From assembly GCA_000004985.1 (NCBI GenBank), contig GG738904.1: a DNA stretch of 64,000 bases. The stretch is one strand, 5' to 3'. This DNA comes from Naegleria gruberi (Eukaryota). Shown in pieces: positions 10,501 through 21,756 of this stretch (within the stretch, counting starts at the first letter, position 1; every line of letters begins with the position of its first letter). The notes below the pieces were generated by a model. That model did not search any database. It was given only the letters and a program-made list of their open reading frames with translations, and was not told the origin of the DNA. A program made the translations under genes and the position numbers.

Positions 10501-13500
10501 NNNNNNNNNNNNNNNNNNNNNNNNNNNNNNNNNNNNNNNNNNNNNNNNNNNNNNNNNNNNNNNNNNNNNNNNNNNNNNNNNNNNNNNNNNNNNNNNNNNN
10601 NNNNNNNNNNNNNNNNNNNNNNNNNNNNNNNNNNNNNNNNNNNNNNNNNNNNNNNNNNNNNNNNNNNNNNNNNNNNNNNNNNNNNNNNNNNNNNNNNNNN
10701 NNNNNNNNNNNNNNNNNNNNNNNNNNNNNNNNNNNNNNNNNNNNNNNNNNNNNNNNNNNNNNNNNNNNNNNNNNNNNNNNNNNNNNNNNNNNNNNNNNNN
10801 NNNNNNNNNNNNNNNNNNNNNNNNNNNNNNNNNNNNNNNNNNNNNNNNNNNNNNNNNNNNNNNNNNNNNNNNNNNNNNNNNNNNNNNNNNNNNNNNNNNN
10901 NNNNNNNNNNNNNNNNNNNNNNNNNNNNNNNNNNNNNNNNNNNNNNNNNNNNNNNNNNNNNNNNNNNNNNNNNNNNNNNNNNNNNNNNNNNNNNNNNNNN
11001 NNNNNNNNNNNNNNNNNNNNNNNNNNNNNNNNNNNNNNNNNNNNNNNNNNNNNNNNNNNNNNNNNNNNNNNNNNNNNNNNNNNNNNNNNNNNNNNNNNNN
11101 NNNNNNNNNNNNNNNNNNNNNNNNNNNNNNNNNNNNNNNNNNNNNNNNNNNNNNNNNNNNNNNNNNNNNNNNNNNNNNNNNNNNNNNNNNNNNNNNNNNN
11201 NNNNNNNNNNNNNNNNNNNNNNNNNNNNNNNNNNNNNNNNNNNNNNNNNNNNNNNNNNNNNNNNNNNNNNNNNNNNNNNNNNNNNNNNNNNNNNNNNNNN
11301 NNNNNNNNNNNNNNNNNNNNNNNNNNNNNNNNNNNNNNNNNNNNNNNNNNNNNNNNNNNNNNNNNNNNNNNNNNNNNNNNNNNNNNNNNNNNNNNNNNNN
11401 NNNNNNNNNNNNNNNNNNNNNNNNNNNNNNNNNNNNNNNNNNNNNNNNNNNNNNNNNNNNNNNNNNNNNNNNNNNNNNNNNNNNNNNNNNNNNNNNNNNN
11501 NNNNNNNNNNNNNNNNNNNNNNNNNNNNNNNNNNNNNNNNNNNNNNNNNNNNNNNNNNNNNNNNNNNNNNNNNNNNNNNNNNNNNNNNNNNNNNNNNNNN
11601 NNNNNNNNNNNNNNNNNNNNNNNNNNNNNNNNNNNNNNNNNNNNNNNNNNNNNNNNNNNNNNNNNNNNNNNNNNNNNNNNNNNNNNNNNNNNNNNNNNNN
11701 NNNNNNNNNNNNNNNNNNNNNNNNNNNNNNNNNNNNNNNNNNNNNNNNNNNNNNNNNNNNNNNNNNNNNNNNNNNNNNNNNNNNNNNNNNNNNNNNNNNN
11801 NNNNNNNNNNNNNNNNNNNNNNNNNNNNNNNNNNNNNNNNNNNNNNNNNNNNNNNNNNNNNNNNNNNNNNNNNNNNNNNNNNNNNNNNNNNNNNNNNNNN
11901 NNNNNNNNNNNNNNNNNNNNNNNNNNNNNNNNNNNNNNNNNNNNNNNNNNNNNNNNNNNNNNNNNNNNNNNNNNNNNNNNNNNNNNNNNNNNNNNNNNNN
12001 NNNNNNNNNNNNNNNNNNNNNNNNNNNNNNNNNNNNNNNNNNNNNNNNNNNNNNNNNNNNNNNNNNNNNNNNNNNNNNNNNNNNNNNNNNNNNNNNNNNN
12101 NNNNNNNNNNNNNNNNNNNNNNNNNNNNNNNNNNNNNNNNNNNNNNNNNNNNNNNNNNNNNNNNNNNNNNNNNNNNNNNNNNNNNNNNNNNNNNNNNNNN
12201 NNNNNNNNNNNNNNNNNNNNNNNNNNNNNNNNNNNNNNNNNNNNNNNNNNNNNNNNNNNNNNNNNNNNNNNNNNNNNNNNNNNNNNNNNNNNNNNNNNNN
12301 NNNNNNNNNNNNNNNNNNNNNNNNNNNNNNNNNNNNNNNNNNNNNNNNNNNNNNNNNNNNNNNNNNNNNNNNNNNNNNNNNNNNNNNNNNNNNNNNNNNN
12401 NNNNNNNNNNNNNNNNNNNNNNNNNNNNNNNNNNNNNNNNNNNNNNNNNNNNNNNNNNNNNNNNNNNNNNNNNNNNNNNNNNNNNNNNNNNNNNNNNNNN
12501 NNNNNNNNNNNNNNNNNNNNNNNNNNNNNNNNNNNNNNNNNNNNNNNNNNNNNNNNNNNNNNNNNNNNNNNNNNNNNNNNNNNNNNNNNNNNNNNNNNNN
12601 NNNNNNNNNNNNNNNNNNNNNNNNNNNNNNNNNNNNNNNNNNNNNNNNNNNNNNNNNNNNNNNNNNNNNNNNNNNNNNNNNNNNNNNNNNNNNNNNNNNN
12701 NNNNNNNNNNNNNNNNNNNNNNNNNNNNNNNNNNNNNNNNNNNNNNNNNNNNNNNNNNNNNNNNNNNNNNNNNNNNNNNNNNNNNNNNNNNNNNNNNNNN
12801 NNNNNNNNNNNNNNNNNNNNNNNNNNNNNNNNNNNNNNNNNNNNNNNNNNNNNNNNNNNNNNNNNNNNNNNNNNNNNNNNNNNNNNNNNNNNNNNNNNNN
12901 NNNNNNNNNNNNNNNNNNNNNNNNNNNNNNNNNNNNNNNNNNNNNNNNNNNNNNNNNNNNNNNNNNNNNNNNNNNNNNNNNNNNNNNNNNNNNNNNNNNN
13001 NNNNNNNNNNNNNNNNNNNNNNNNNNNNNNNNNNNNNNNNNNNNNNNNNNNNNNNNNNNNNNNNNNNNNNNNNNNNNNNNNNNNNNNNNNNNNNNNNNNN
13101 NNNNNNNNNNNNNNNNNNNNNNNNNNNNNNNNNNNNNNNNNNNNNNNNNNNNNNNNNNNNNNNNNNNNNNNNNNNNNNNNNNNNNNNNNNNNNNNNNNNN
13201 NNNNNNNNNNNNNNNNNNNNNNNNNNNNNNNNNNNNNNNNNNNNNNNNNNNNNNNNNNNNNNNNNNNNNNNNNNNNNNNNNNNNNNNNNNNNNNNNNNNN
13301 NNNNNNNNNNNNNNNNNNNNNNNNNNNNNNNNNNNNNNNNNNNNNNNNNNNNNNNNNNNNNNNNNNNNNNNNNNNNNNNNNNNNNNNNNNNNNNNNNNNN
13401 NNNNNNNNNNNNNNNNNNNNNNNNNNNNNNNNNNNNNNNNNNNNNNNNNNNNNNNNNNNNNNNNNNNNNNNNNNNNNNNNNNNNNNNNNNNNNNNNNNNN

Positions 13501-13723
13501 NNNNNNNNNNNNNNNNNNNNNNNNNNNNNNNNNNNNNNNNNNNNNNNNNNNNNNNNNNNNNNNNNNNNNNNNNNNNNNNNNNNNNNNNNNNNNNNNNNNN
13601 NNNNNNNNNNNNNNNNNNNNNNNNNNNNNNNNNNNNNNNNNNNNNNNNNNNNNNNNNNNNNNNNNNNNNNNNNNNNNNNNNNNNNNNNNNNNNNNNNNNN
13701 NNNNNNNNNNNNNNNNNNNNNNN
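7514..13723. other. Assembly gap (N run, about 6.2 kb)
   Basis: Contiguous n characters. Confidence 0.99.
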
Positions 13724-14153
13724 CCCTAACCCAAACCCAAACCCAAAGCCAAACCCAAACCCAAACCCAAACCCAAACCCAAGCCCAAACCCAAACCCAA
13801 ACCCAAACCCAAACCCAAACCCAAACCCAAACCCAAACCCAAACCCAAACCCAAACCCAAACCCAAACCCAAACCCAAACCCAAACCCAAACCCAAACCC
13901 AAACCCAAACCCAACCCAAACCCAAACCCAAACCCAAACCCAAACCCAAACCCAAACCCAAACCCAAACCCAAACCCAAACCCAAACCCAAACCCAAACC
14001 CAAACCCAAACCCAAACCCAAACCCAAACCCAAACCCAAACCCAAACCCAAACCCAAACCCAAACCCAAACCCAAACCCAAACCCAAACCCAAACCCAAA
14101 CCCAAACCCAAACCCAAACCCAAACCCAAACCCAAACCCAAACCCAAACCCAA
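13724..14153. repeat. Internal telomere-repeat tract (CCCAAA)n, about 70 units, in the same orientation as the terminal tract, with a degenerate proximal boundary
   Basis: It starts CCCTAACCCAAACCCAAA immediately after the gap. Variant units CCCAAAGCC and CCCAAGCCC occur. It decays into telomere-like remnants (aaacccaacg, aaaccctagcccaaaa) at 14154-14210. Confidence 0.9.
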
Positions 14154-15022
14154 ACTAAAAATAGAATTCTTCTAAACCCAACGTTCAAACCCTAGCCCAA
14201 AATTATAAACTTATTCAAATATCATTAAATTTTATATCATTCGATTGGAAATTATGAGTAGAACAACGTGGTATATTTAGTTTTTCAATTTATAAAATAT
14301 TAAATTTGTTAATAATGTCAGATTAAAATTTCATAAATGAAACTATAGGAAGAATGATAATTTCAAAATCGTTTAATGAGATTATATAGTCAATATCATC
14401 ATTAACAACATTCATAATCACTTTCATATGAAATTTCAAAGGTTCATGTCTGTAGATATAAAAGTATCAAGTGAAAAGGGAAGATGTGAGGTAAAAGAGG
14501 TCAACAATAACTTTTGAGTTTCTCATCAAAACATATTGAATCCTAATATGAAAATGTTCCATTTGATGATTAAACATCGAATATCAAATTTATTTTGACT
14601 TTCATATTTACAGATTTCTTCCCTCAATCACACATGGTCAACTTGTATGAAAAGGAGGAAATCTTGAAAAAGGACCACCTATTGAAACTTTACCATCATG
14701 ATGTAGATGATATATAATGATGTAGAATTCAATTTCATATCATAAGAATTAGAAATGGTACCATGGGAATGTAAATGTTGATTTTCCAAAGTTGACTGAN
14801 AGGAAAGACAAGTCAGACCAAGTCTATCAAATATATCACTTCAATCAACAAATTATACATGAAAATGCTCCATTCGATGNNNNNNNNNNNNNNNNNNNNN
14901 NNNNNNNNNNNNNNNNNNNNNNNNNNNNNCATGAGTGCAGAACTGAGTTATTCAAAATTTGTGAATGTTCGGTCCAGTCAAATCAAAGATGGGTTCTTAA
15001 CTACCCATAGGTTTGCATTCTT

Positions 15023-16096
15023 CTAGATATTATTGAGCACATTCTCCATCTCTATTCTTTCAATTTCCTCCGTTGTAAAGTTTCCTTTCATTGGAATAAA
15101 CACATGATCGTAAAAGGCCTTGAACCAATAACTCACTGGACAACATCTATTAAAATTCTCTTCAGAGCCTGTATGTACTCCTATTACTGATCGATCAAGA
15201 ATTACATTCTCCTTAAAGTCTCTCCAATTGCTATAATTTTCACAACAAGGAAGAACAGCACCGCCTGAAGAGCCTGGAAATGAGCTGGCGTTATAGTGTT
15301 TACAACATGTTTTTTCGTTAGTATCAACAAATTTTCCAAAGCTAATATTTTTACACTCCAACTCAAACATACTCTTTAAGGCAATAAGATTTGTGTGATA
15401 ATCTAAATGTTGTTCTAAAGTTGTTACATCTTTCTCAGTTGGCATGCCTTGAAAGGAAAGAATAGACATGTTATAATCATGTTCTGATTGAGGGTTGAGC
15501 TTTGAAGGACTTGGAATAAGGTATGATTCTGGAAAATGTTGTTCATCTAATACTATATCGATTGGTACTTCCATTTTCATCAAAACCCAATCTTTGTTTG
15601 GATGTTCCTTTACATTTTCATCCTCTTTCAGATCTGATTTTGCAAGAATGGTGCAATTCATGGATCTGGCACTTAACGGCTCAAACCTATGATTCTTCCC
15701 TAAAATTCCTTTAATCATTCTTAAAGAAAGTTGCACTACTTCATTATTGTATTCATATTCAAAAGGAAGAGTGTTATGCAAGCATGTCACAAAGTAATAT
15801 TCCCAAATAGTGTCGAGTTTGTTTGGAGGAGCAACAAGGAAGCCAGAACCCCGAATTGGAACTCTAACATCAATTTGTTTAGAATTAACACCTTGATAAA
15901 AACAAACTACATCAACAACAGCATTAAAAACATCCAGATTATCCTTTGCAGATTTTAAATCATAACAACTACAAATTCTGGGATAGGTTGTTAATCGGAA
16001 GGGATTGAGGCAACCTGTTAAATCCTCAAAACAATTCCTTGATTTTTCATCAACAATTAACATCTCCTCCGACACAGTGGTAGAGTACTTATTCAT
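15023..16096 (-). CDS. Trypsin-fold (PA clan) serine peptidase-like protein, paralog A of a tandem pair. The first Met abuts a 50-N gap at 16102.
   Basis: ORF of 357 aa. Catalytic-triad-like motifs: His in TCLHN, Asp in DWVLMKM (compare DIALLKL), Ser in GSSGGAV (compare GDSGGP), followed by VIGVHTGS. It is about 95% identical to 16811-17851, except for an in-frame 81-bp insertion (plus strand about 15424-15504) and a 6-bp indel. Confidence 0.6.
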   Translation of the reverse strand: MNKYSTTVSEEMLIVDEKSRNCFEDLTGCLNPFRLTTYPRICSCYDLKSAKDNLDVFNAVVDVVCFYQGVNSKQIDVRVPIRGSGFLVAPPNKLDTIWEYYFVTCLHNTLPFEYEYNNEVVQLSLRMIKGILGKNHRFEPLSARSMNCTILAKSDLKEDENVKEHPNKDWVLMKMEVPIDIVLDEQHFPESYLIPSPSKLNPQSEHDYNMSILSFQGMPTEKDVTTLEQHLDYHTNLIALKSMFELECKNISFGKFVDTNEKTCCKHYNASSFPGSSGGAVLPCCENYSNWRDFKENVILDRSVIGVHTGSEENFNRCCPVSYWFKAFYDHVFIPMKGNFTTEEIERIEMENVLNNI

Positions 16097-16810
16097 CGAT
16101 GNNNNNNNNNNNNNNNNNNNNNNNNNNNNNNNNNNNNNNNNNNNNNNNNNNTTCTGTATACATTATTATAATCGTAATACCTTGCAATACCAATAAAACT
16201 CAATAGAAGAATTAATTCTTCTCATTTTCAAATAGATTATTCAATATAGAACAGATCTAGATAGTTTCCAGATCATAAAAGTCAAGCTACTATATATGGT
16301 CTTTGATTAAATTTAAAAATAGACTGCCGTTGATTACTGGAATCTTGATTCAAAGCTTGTTGATCAACCTATTGATTGAAATCAAACCGATTATTGAATA
16401 TTGAATTGGTGAATAATCACTCTTGATACTGCTACATATTTCAGATTGCATGCAAATCAACCTGATTCAATCTTCAAAGGTTGGTAGTTGCACCACTACG
16501 TGGCGAAACTACCCATCCACGATCAATCAACATTAGATTCACTTCCATTCAACTCAATTTGACCGTTATAATCAATAAATCAATGAAATGTTCCTTTATT
16601 AGCAATACATATTCAATCTAACGAGTAGATTCACGTCCCAAACATTTGACTTCTCAAAGTCCATAATTCAAAAGTTAGTTCTGACCTGACCTTTAAATAT
16701 CTATCAATACAAGAAATGAAACCATCAAATTTACATCATTAATAGATGATAAGAAATATAATCAATGATATGAATCTTCACTAAGTAATCTCTTAAATAA
16801 CCCAAATAAA

Positions 16811-17851
16811 TCAACTCTGAATCCTAACCAAACCCTCTATTCTTTCAATTTCCTCCGTTGTAAAGTTTCCTTTCATTGAAACAAACACATGATCGTAAAA
16901 GGCCTTGAACCAATAACTCACTGGACAACATCTATTAAAATTCTCTTCAGAGCCTATATGTATTCCTATTACTGATCTATCAAGAATAACATTCTCCTTA
17001 AAGTCTCTCCAATTGCTATAATTTTCACAACAAGGCACCACAGCACCGCCTGAAGAGCCTGGAAATGAGCTGGCGTTATAGTTACATGTTTTTTCGTTAG
17101 TATCAACAAATTTTCCAAAGCTAATATTTTTACACTCCAACTCAAACATACTCTTTAAGGCAATAAGATTTGTGTGATGTTCTGATTGAGGGTTGAGCTT
17201 TGAAGGACTTGGAATAAGGTATGATTCTGGAAAATATTGTTCATCCAATACTACATCAATTGGCACTTCCATTTTCATCAAAACCCAATCATTGTTTGGA
17301 TGTTTCTTTACATTTTCATCTTCTTTCAGACCTGATTTTGCAAGAATGGTGCAATTCATAGATCTGGTACTTAATGGCTCAAACCTATGATTCTTCCCTA
17401 AAATTCCTTTCATCATTCTTAAAGAAAGTTGCACTACTTCATTATTGTATTCATATTCAAAAGGAAGAGTGTTATGCAAGCATGTCACAAAGTAATATTC
17501 CCAAATAGTGTCGAGTTTGTTTGGAGGAGCAACAAGGAAGCCAGAACCACGAATTGGAACTCTAACATCAATTTGTTTAGAATTAATACCTTGATAAAAA
17601 CAAACTACATCAACAACAGCATTAAAAACATCCAGATTATCCTTTGCAGATTTTAAATCATAATAACTACAAATTCTGGGATAGGTTGTTAATCGGAAGG
17701 GATTGAGGCAACCTGTTAAATCCTCAAAACAATTCCTTGATTTTTCATCAACAATTAACATCTCCTCCGACACAGTGGTAGAGTACTTATTCATCGATGG
17801 TTTCATAATTTCAATGTCATTGATTGGAATAGATTCTGCTGGTGAGAACAT
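16811..17851 (-). CDS. Trypsin-fold serine peptidase-like protein, paralog B (tandem duplicate of A)
   Basis: ORF of 346 aa with the same H/D/S motifs (TCLHN, DWVLMKM, GSSGGAV). It has an N-terminal extension MFSPAESIPINDIEIMKPS relative to copy A. Confidence 0.65.
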   Translation of the reverse strand: MFSPAESIPINDIEIMKPSMNKYSTTVSEEMLIVDEKSRNCFEDLTGCLNPFRLTTYPRICSYYDLKSAKDNLDVFNAVVDVVCFYQGINSKQIDVRVPIRGSGFLVAPPNKLDTIWEYYFVTCLHNTLPFEYEYNNEVVQLSLRMMKGILGKNHRFEPLSTRSMNCTILAKSGLKEDENVKKHPNNDWVLMKMEVPIDVVLDEQYFPESYLIPSPSKLNPQSEHHTNLIALKSMFELECKNISFGKFVDTNEKTCNYNASSFPGSSGGAVVPCCENYSNWRDFKENVILDRSVIGIHIGSEENFNRCCPVSYWFKAFYDHVFVSMKGNFTTEEIERIEGLVRIQS

Positions 17852-17998
17852 TCTGCTAATTTTTTTTAAGCTCTCTTGTTGGTATTAAGGTATTAAGAAT
17901 AAGCACTTCTGCATCAACGTTCATCACAACAGCCATTAAATCACAATATTTATCACTGCAATATTTCAGGTGGAACAAAAAAATACCGTTGCGCAGTC
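17852..17998. promoter_or_regulatory. Short divergent intergenic region shared by protease paralogs B (-) and C (+)
   Basis: 147 bp lie between the two start codons, which point outward. The regulatory role is inferred from the arrangement only. Confidence 0.3.
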
Positions 17999-19303
17999 AT
18001 GAGATTTGTTCGACAAATGTTAGAGGTTATAGTGCCTCAATCCGAAACTGATGATTCGGTCGATGTGTATTCAAAGGATAACTTTAGTGAAGTTTGTTTT
18101 AATGTGTTTAGAGTAGCTGATAATGGTGATTTAATTCCTCCATCCACCAAATTTTCTCTTAGAAAATTATATTTGCTATCAACCATTAAGGATTATTTGA
18201 TGAAGGCTAAATGTGGGATGGCTCGAATAGGTCAGCCAAGTTCAACAGGTTTAGGTGGAAACGGTACTTGCTTTTATTTGCTTCCCAATGTTGTTATCAC
18301 AAACTCTCACGTGGCAAATACAGATGAAATCCCATTGATCTACACAGGCACATATTCCGAAGCAGTTGAAGGCTATTTTCAAAAACTCAATCCTGTTGAA
18401 AGCAAGTTGCTTTTCTCTGGATCATCTATGCAGCATCAAATGCGGAAATATAATCATTCCTTAACAAGAACACATTTCCCTCAAGTTGACGAAACATATT
18501 TAGATCCTATTATTTCTTTACGTGGTGATTTTGGTTATATGGATATTTCCTTGCACAAAATTGCATTTCCAAATAATATGCAAAGTTCTAAAGTATTAAT
18601 GATCCCCTGTCCAGAAATCTTACAAGTTTCAGATCCCATATTTACAATGCATTATCCTGGAGTTGAAGGAACACAATTTTCAAGTCTCCACAGCAACCAA
18701 TTTTCAAATTATTTACATTGGGCACCAAATGACAATGTTGTTTCCGATTTATTTCATGGTTATGGAAAACTATGCATCAGTACTGGTAAAGTTCTGGCTC
18801 CATATGTTGAAGAGAAGCAAGAAAATGGGAACATTGATTGGGTTCCAAATACTTCACATCAATATAACTCTCAAAACTCTAATTTTCTTATAACTAATGA
18901 GAGCGTAACGATAGGTTCATCTGGAGGATGTGTTCAATCTCCAACATGTAGGGTTATTGAAATTAATGGAATTACCTTAGTAGAGTTTCATGCCATCCAT
19001 TTTGGAGGACAATTTGTCAAGTGTAAGAATTGCTTAAAGCACATCAAACAACAAATGAATGAAAATGATGAAGATGAATATCCATCCTTATTCCAAGGTT
19101 TACCTCAAGAATGGAACTTTTGCGAAGCATGTCAAAATGGAAAAGAATCCTCCAAAATGGTGTACAATTACTCTGTTTCAGTTCATCATCCATTGTTGAA
19201 ACAAGTTTACAAGAAATTAATTGCACCAGATTTGTTAACAGTATTGAATGTGAATTTGTCTGATGAGAGATTAGAAAGGCTGAAACAATATTTAGACATG
19301 TAA
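17999..19303 (+). CDS. Divergent trypsin-fold serine peptidase-like protein, paralog C, with a Cys-rich C-terminal tail
   Basis: 434 aa. His in ITNSHVA, Asp in DISLHKIAF, Ser in GSSGGCV. The C-terminus has CKNCLKH...CEACQNG, a possible zinc-binding motif. Confidence 0.6.
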   Translation: MRFVRQMLEVIVPQSETDDSVDVYSKDNFSEVCFNVFRVADNGDLIPPSTKFSLRKLYLLSTIKDYLMKAKCGMARIGQPSSTGLGGNGTCFYLLPNVVITNSHVANTDEIPLIYTGTYSEAVEGYFQKLNPVESKLLFSGSSMQHQMRKYNHSLTRTHFPQVDETYLDPIISLRGDFGYMDISLHKIAFPNNMQSSKVLMIPCPEILQVSDPIFTMHYPGVEGTQFSSLHSNQFSNYLHWAPNDNVVSDLFHGYGKLCISTGKVLAPYVEEKQENGNIDWVPNTSHQYNSQNSNFLITNESVTIGSSGGCVQSPTCRVIEINGITLVEFHAIHFGGQFVKCKNCLKHIKQQMNENDEDEYPSLFQGLPQEWNFCEACQNGKESSKMVYNYSVSVHHPLLKQVYKKLIAPDLLTVLNVNLSDERLERLKQYLDM

Positions 19304-19304
19304 C

Positions 19305-19362
19305 GGAGACCTTTTAATTAAGACGAGGTCTACAACCATTAGGTTTTCGTTTAAGCGTTCTT
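19305..19362 (-). mobile_element. Inverted copy of the roughly 60-bp 3'-terminal hairpin element of the retroelement at 6541-6600. It looks like a severely 5'-truncated insertion or solo 3' end.
   Basis: The reverse complement of 19305-19362 shares CTTAAACG...AACC...TGGTTGTAGACCTCGTCT...AGGTCT with 6541-6600, including the AGACC/GGTCT stem. It lies 2 bp after the stop codon of paralog C. Confidence 0.35.
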
Positions 19363-20197
19363 CAATACAACAACACATGAACAGCATAACTACATCCATT
19401 ATTACTCACTAAAAATATTGTTTACTATTAACAATTCATTAACTAATTACAAATATCTATGAAAATGAACACAAGAAGTTTGCTGTGGTGTTGAATATCC
19501 AAGAAATGGTCTTACTGGTGCTCGACAACATCCACAACATTGAGGTACAACTGGAACAGCCAAAGGATAACTGGTTTGGTGATATGGAACAGCCAACAGA
19601 CTTGTTTGGTGATAACAAAGTTGACGATAAGGAAAACAAGTTTGGGGATAACCAAAATTTTCAGAGAACAATTGCAAAGTAACACTTCCATAGTTGGAAC
19701 AAAGAACAATACTTCCGTATGGTTAAACAATAAACTTCTTAAACAAATTGTTTCTGTGGCAAGCATTTGGGTTTCGAGATAATCTTTGAATATTTTAATT
19801 TCAACCATTTCATTTAAACATGGGTTGAAATCCAAAGCGGTGCTGTATGGTGGGAAGAATTGTGCAGAAAAAGTTCCAATATTAACTTTAATATATGGAG
19901 ATACTTGAAAACGTAGAATGAATACTTAAATTTTGACTACCTACCTTTAACCGAACTATTGCACGACACGTTAAGATAGAGTTTTGCCATTTGTTGTTTA
20001 TTTTTTGTTTGAAAGAAATTATCGTTACATATTCTCAGGTTTTATAACTTCTCCAGTGTGTCTATTTTCGAAGTTGTGAATTCTCAACCTTCACAAAAGG
20101 TGAGTTACCAAATTTTACAAAGCACTAATATGAACAGACGTTTGCAATACATCGACTTTGGCAATTCCTTGAGAAAGGTTTTTCGGCGACCATTTAT

Positions 20198-21745
20198 TTA
20201 CATGAAATTTATTTCGTCTGCATCAAAATATAAATTTGAAATAGTTCTTCTTTCTGGACTGGCTGCTCTGCTCATTCTTCTATCGTAGAGCTTGATAGTG
20301 TCTGCAATTCTGTTGGTATTTGTTGGAACCACAAAGCTTTCAGTTGTCATATTGATGAGGTTGACTACCCTCTTCTTGGCAGCTTCTCTTGACATTTCAA
20401 TTGCTTTTTTCAATCCCAAAAAGCTTTGATTTCCTCTCATGGATGTGAGCTTGTTCCACAATGAGAGAGGAACAATTCCTCCCAAATCAATAAATGCCAT
20501 TGCTGTATATCTTGTGTGAATATCACTCAATTTCTCAATTAAAATACCTCCAATATATCTTCCTCGAACACAACCTTTAGTGATTGGCACTTTGCTGTTT
20601 TCAATACCTCTCCTCAATATCAAAAAATCACTCTCCGTTGAGTCAATGCCAATTTCTCTCCTGACAGAGGAGCCGAGAATGAATTCTCTGTTACTCAATG
20701 GCCAAGGCATTTTCACAACACTTCTCGAATAGGATACTCCCAATCCATCCTCTTCCTCGTCATCTTCAATAAATTCCAAAAAATCAGTGGAAATTATTTG
20801 ATTCTCCACCATTGAATAATATCGTGAATCGATGAGAGCTGTCAATACCTCTTCAGGTGTTGCATTCAAAATACCAGTTTCCTTAAATAATTGAATTGTT
20901 CTTTTCTTTTTGTCAAGTTTCAGCTTTCCCAAATCTGACTTGTAAGAAGCAAAACAAGTAGAGTCCTTATCCTTTGAAGAGGTGATGCATTTCCACAAAT
21001 TTTCATCATTAGATTGAATGATTACTTTCAACATTTCAAAATCTTCCTCCTTTACAATCTTTCGTGTTGTATCTGCAAACAGCAGTGCACGAGCAAATCT
21101 CTCGACAATAGCTGAGCCTGATGAAGAACTCTTCACATCACTAGATGTTGCTGAGGCAGAATCTGAATTCTGACTTGATGTATCACTTGTGGTGGCAAGT
21201 GGAGGTGAACTTGGTTGATTTTCCTCATCAACAATGAAATTCCTAGCTGACGAATCTTGCATTCTTGCATTCTTCTTTTCTCCAATCATTGACAAGTAAA
21301 TATCCAAATAATGATAAAAACCTTCCAAATCCTTAGCTGATTCCAAACATTCAGTAACTACACTAATAATATGATCTGTAAACTGTTTACTCTGTGTAAA
21401 TCTCAAAAAGTTGTCAGATTTCAATTGAATTGAAACATCTACTTTAGCATTATCGAATAGATTTGGATCTACAAATTCCTCCGATGCATAATTGTAAAAC
21501 TTGGCAATGACAATCTCTCTAATATTATTATTCAAATTAATCTGTGAGTCACTTTCTTCTCTAAAGAAGGCATCAATAATCATTTGTGATTGTTGAAACC
21601 TTGTCAGTGGATCTTTCATCTTGTTAAATTCGGCAATTCTTATTAGAAACTCCAAAGATGACAAATTCAATTCTCTCTTTAAAAACTCTTTGAACAAATC
21701 CAACAGAATAAATTCACCATTTCTATATATTAATTCTTCTCTCAA
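20198..21745 (-). CDS. Protein with an N-terminal RGS domain and a C-terminal START (lipid-transfer) domain
   Basis: RGS-like: FKEFLKRELNLSSLEFLIRIAEFNK...IIDAFFRE...NFLRFTQSKQF. START-like C-terminus: ...WPLSNREFILGSSVRRE...ILRRGIENSKVPITKGCVRGRYIGGILIEKLSDIHTRYTAMAFIDLGGIVP. ORF of 515 aa. Confidence 0.55.
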   Translation of the reverse strand: MREELIYRNGEFILLDLFKEFLKRELNLSSLEFLIRIAEFNKMKDPLTRFQQSQMIIDAFFREESDSQINLNNNIREIVIAKFYNYASEEFVDPNLFDNAKVDVSIQLKSDNFLRFTQSKQFTDHIISVVTECLESAKDLEGFYHYLDIYLSMIGEKKNARMQDSSARNFIVDEENQPSSPPLATTSDTSSQNSDSASATSSDVKSSSSGSAIVERFARALLFADTTRKIVKEEDFEMLKVIIQSNDENLWKCITSSKDKDSTCFASYKSDLGKLKLDKKKRTIQLFKETGILNATPEEVLTALIDSRYYSMVENQIISTDFLEFIEDDEEEDGLGVSYSRSVVKMPWPLSNREFILGSSVRREIGIDSTESDFLILRRGIENSKVPITKGCVRGRYIGGILIEKLSDIHTRYTAMAFIDLGGIVPLSLWNKLTSMRGNQSFLGLKKAIEMSREAAKKRVVNLINMTTESFVVPTNTNRIADTIKLYDRRMSRAASPERRTISNLYFDADEINFM

Positions 21746-21756
21746 TTTGGAATCTT

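Noticed and set aside
7297-14188. Giant ORFs (2292, 2239 and 2214 aa, plus 62 aa at 13726-13914) spanning the second gap and the telomere tract
   Set aside because: They are artifacts. N-runs translate to X, and CCCAAA repeats translate to PKPKPK / QTQTQT (plus strand) or GLGLGL / WVWVWV (minus strand) in every frame. Only the F-box-like 5' segment 7297-7513 is plausible coding sequence.
15495-17888. Short + strand ORFs (15495-15692, 15523-15714, 15731-15958, 16005-16196, 17193-17390, 17429-17656, 17703-17888) inside the protease genes
   Set aside because: They are antisense shadows of the minus-strand protease CDSs. They are duplicated simply because the underlying genes are duplicated.
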